DNA from: Callorhinchus milii
Lineage: Eukaryota
Assembly (NCBI RefSeq): GCF_018977255.1
Contig: NW_024704743.1
Location: forward strand, 108,378,001-108,442,000
Direction: 5' to 3'
Length of the DNA stretch: 64,000 nucleotides
Shown here: one piece after another, positions 61,226 through 64,000 of the stretch
Numbering within the stretch: the first letter of the stretch is position 1
How the letters are laid out: every line of letters begins with the position of its first letter
Position numbers and translations under genes: made by a program
The notes under the pieces: generated by a model
Seen by the model: the letters and a program-made list of their open reading frames with translations, nothing else
Told to the model about the DNA's origin: nothing
The model's database searches: none

Positions 61226-62369
61226 GACAAACATACCAAAATACATTCTATCTAACAGTTGCATTGTACCTTTTTTCCTGCACTGTGTATATTTCAGAAT
61301 GAAACATATTCTGACTGCATTTAGTCAACTGTTTTTCAGGCAAATATGGCATTGATGTGGTGCCTAAACATGCAATACTGCAGTGCAGTACAAATAGAAT
61401 TAAAAATTCCTTCAATTCTCAGAAAATGGAGATTTGTGTTCCATGCAATATGTTTATACACTTCCACATCATCTATGTAGATTTATCTATTGAATGTCTT
61501 TTATTTAAGCTTTTTGCCAAAATTGTGTTTTTGTGCTATGTAATCTAGGATATCTAGGATGCAACACGCAAAAAATATTGAAATATAAAGCGACACTTCC
61601 TAACAGATTCAATAACACGTATCAAATATGTTATGAAACGTCATATTTTTCACCCCGTCGGTTCACATTTCAATGTGGTTAAATGGTAGACCTTCAGGCA
61701 TCAGGACCTTTGGAATCATGACCCAGGAGTACTTGGAAAACAGGTGATTCCACATCCTATTTTCTGCCTCTCCCATGGATGTTTTCCTAAAACAGTTTAT
61801 TTTTACAAAAATGACATTTTCCGATGATATTTTGAAGGTAGCTCAATTGATCTCTTACTAAGCCTGACACGGGTCTCATTTGCAATATTTGCCAAAGGGA
61901 TGTGCGAATTGCAACTTTCTAATTTGTGATATATGCAAATGAATAATTACAATTTATGAAATCTGCCAAAATGTGAAAAAGGCCAGAGAATAGGCGAGGT
62001 CTGACATATTTCTGCAATGCAGCACATTTCAGAAATCACACTCAGCTGTTTTACAAATATTCCAGTGTTCATTTTTCCCCTTGGAGCCAACAGTGAGTAT
62101 TAGCAATCTATAAGATCATCATGAACGTTAGAACATAGGCTGAACAACAATAACAAAAGCAAATTGCTTTATATTACATAGCACCTTCCACATTTGAAAT
62201 ATGTAAACCTGACGTCAATCAACATCTTTGTTTCCAGGAGGATAATGGGAGTCCTGAAGAGAAATCGCTGGAAAATGTCTCCATCAAAAAAGTCCAGGAG
62301 TAGGAACCCTTCCTCGATCTAGAGGAACCCATCGACTAATTGTAGCAATTCTTGCTCCATAATAAATAA

Positions 62370-62776
62370 GAAATAATCCTTATATTTGATAGAACACTTT
62401 TCATGTTGGGAGGATGTTTCAAAGTGTTCCACAGGATTTATTGTAGAGTGTAGTAACCTTGTATATGTAGGCAAACGAGGCAGGCAGTAAGTTTGCTGAC
62501 AGCAATGTCCCACAAACACCCATGAAATGAATGACCAAATTTATTTGGGGGATGATTGGCCAGGACACCGAGAGAAAGTTCCTCTTCTTTTAAAATATAA
62601 CCATATGTTTTTTAACACCCACCAGAACAGGCAGATAGGACCCACTCAGTTTAACGTCTCATCTGAAGGATAGTGCCTGCAACTAGTGTGTGAGCTCAAG
62701 CTCCTGATATGAAGTTTGAACACACAACTGTCTTATTCAGAGGCAAAAGTGCTACCAACTGAGCCAAGCTGGCATC
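62370..62776 (-). mobile_element. DeuSINE-type SINE, near full length
   Basis: Antisense tail, core (cagtttaacgtctcatctgaagga) and head (gtgctaccaactgagccaagctg). Confidence 0.85.
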
Positions 62777-64000
62777 TCAGGACCAAACCTTTGACTTTGT
62801 AGGGTTGGTATGGTTAGTGCTTTGCTCAATGGAGAGGACAGAATGGTGACACATTATCCACTCTGGGTGAAGCACTTGCTACTGAACTCAATTACATAAC
62901 CACATTTACAGAAGAATTTGACATGCGTTATGCAGAACAAAACTACAGCAGTGACAAAGCACGCTTGCAAGGATATATAAGTCCCTCTCTCAAATGCCAG
63001 TTAACCAATTTTAAGAAAGGTGTCAAAGGCACAATAGCGCAGTGATTTGCTATTACATGGTATCTGCTTTGATTTTTTTGTATGGTTAAAATTGAATTAC
63101 AATGTGAGGCCAGGGGAACCAAATGTGCCTCATGTCCCCAGACTAGGGACAGTGTTATGTTTTAATAATGTACTAGGTATGAATCTAGATTGCGCATTGT
63201 GGCACAATTGTACAGTTCACAAATGATCCCTCATATTTTCCTCATTTGCTGGAGAGTCTGAGCTTTGTGGAGGTAATATCTTGGTCGTCTTTCTTGTTGT
63301 AGGTTTGGTTAGGTGCTAATAATGCAAGGGTATAATGATTTCAGATATATTTCTGATGTTCTTTTCCCAGGTTTCCAGCATCATTTACAGCCAAAAAAGC
63401 CAAGGGCCTCCTTGCAAGCTTGTGCTGCTCTGAAACTGGCCACTAGGAGATGTGAGCGAGCTGTGTGAGGGTGGCCTCGCCCTTCCTCCCCTGCATTCTT
63501 CTGTCCCAGTTAGAAAGGATCTCTCCTCAGCACCGTCCTCCTAACAGCATAGCTAAATTAGTAACTCACAAGCCTGGCTCGAAGGCCTTTGCTGTGAATT
63601 GAGCTGCCAAGAAAAGCTACCCAATAATACAAATTTTCTATCTCCTCTGCCTGCTTGTCACACTGCCAATAATGGTAGCATTCTGTATGCCTCTTTTGTA
63701 GCGCTGACAATGATGAGACTGTTGTGGCAAATGAAATATTTACACCTAGATCAGGTAACATTACCCTGCACAAACTTCCATATCTTAGAATTTAGTTCTG
63801 TTTATTAGAAAGTTGGCAATGGACACAGTGAGGGAAGTAATTAATATACAATGATGCTCACTGTAATCCTCTCCAATTGAAATTTCAAATATATTTCTGA
63901 TGTTCTCCTTTTCCCAGTTTTCCAGCATCATTTGCAGCCAAAAGAGCAAGGGTCTCCTTGCAGGCTCCTGCTATGATGTCTCAGAGCGCTTAACAGAGTC

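Noticed and set aside
1..64000. CRISPR arrays, operons or prokaryotic defence systems
   Set aside because: The sequence is eukaryotic. The recurring motifs are dispersed SINE/LINE tails, not regularly spaced repeat-spacer units.

Overview
This is vertebrate genomic DNA. The repeat content (DeuSINE-type SINEs, abundant L2 LINEs, CR1 LINEs) suggests a cartilaginous fish, possibly a chimaera, but that is inference. The only intact gene is the 3' part of YTHDF3, an m6A reader, on the + strand. It comprises a 1629-nt internal coding exon (933-2561), a 5.8-kb intron, a 21-nt terminal coding piece (8376-8396, ERNRSK*) and a probable 3'UTR of about 2.8 kb ending near AATAAA at 11212. The remaining 52 kb is gene-free. 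It holds 5'-truncated L2 and CR1 LINEs, two tRNA-headed SINE families that share an L2-like 3' tail, a decayed Charlie/SPIN-type hAT transposase, an unclassified repeat family, and TE-free blocks that look like conserved non-coding elements. I found no convincing previously undescribed gene system. The most notable observations are a (VQxQL)n repeat expansion in the YTHDF3 low-complexity region, modular SINEs apparently dependent on the local L2, twin-priming-like 5'-inverted SINEs, an L2 with a 26-bp target-site duplication, and near-perfect local inverted duplications. Repeat boundaries were read by eye and are approximate. Family names come from remembered consensus features, not from database searches.
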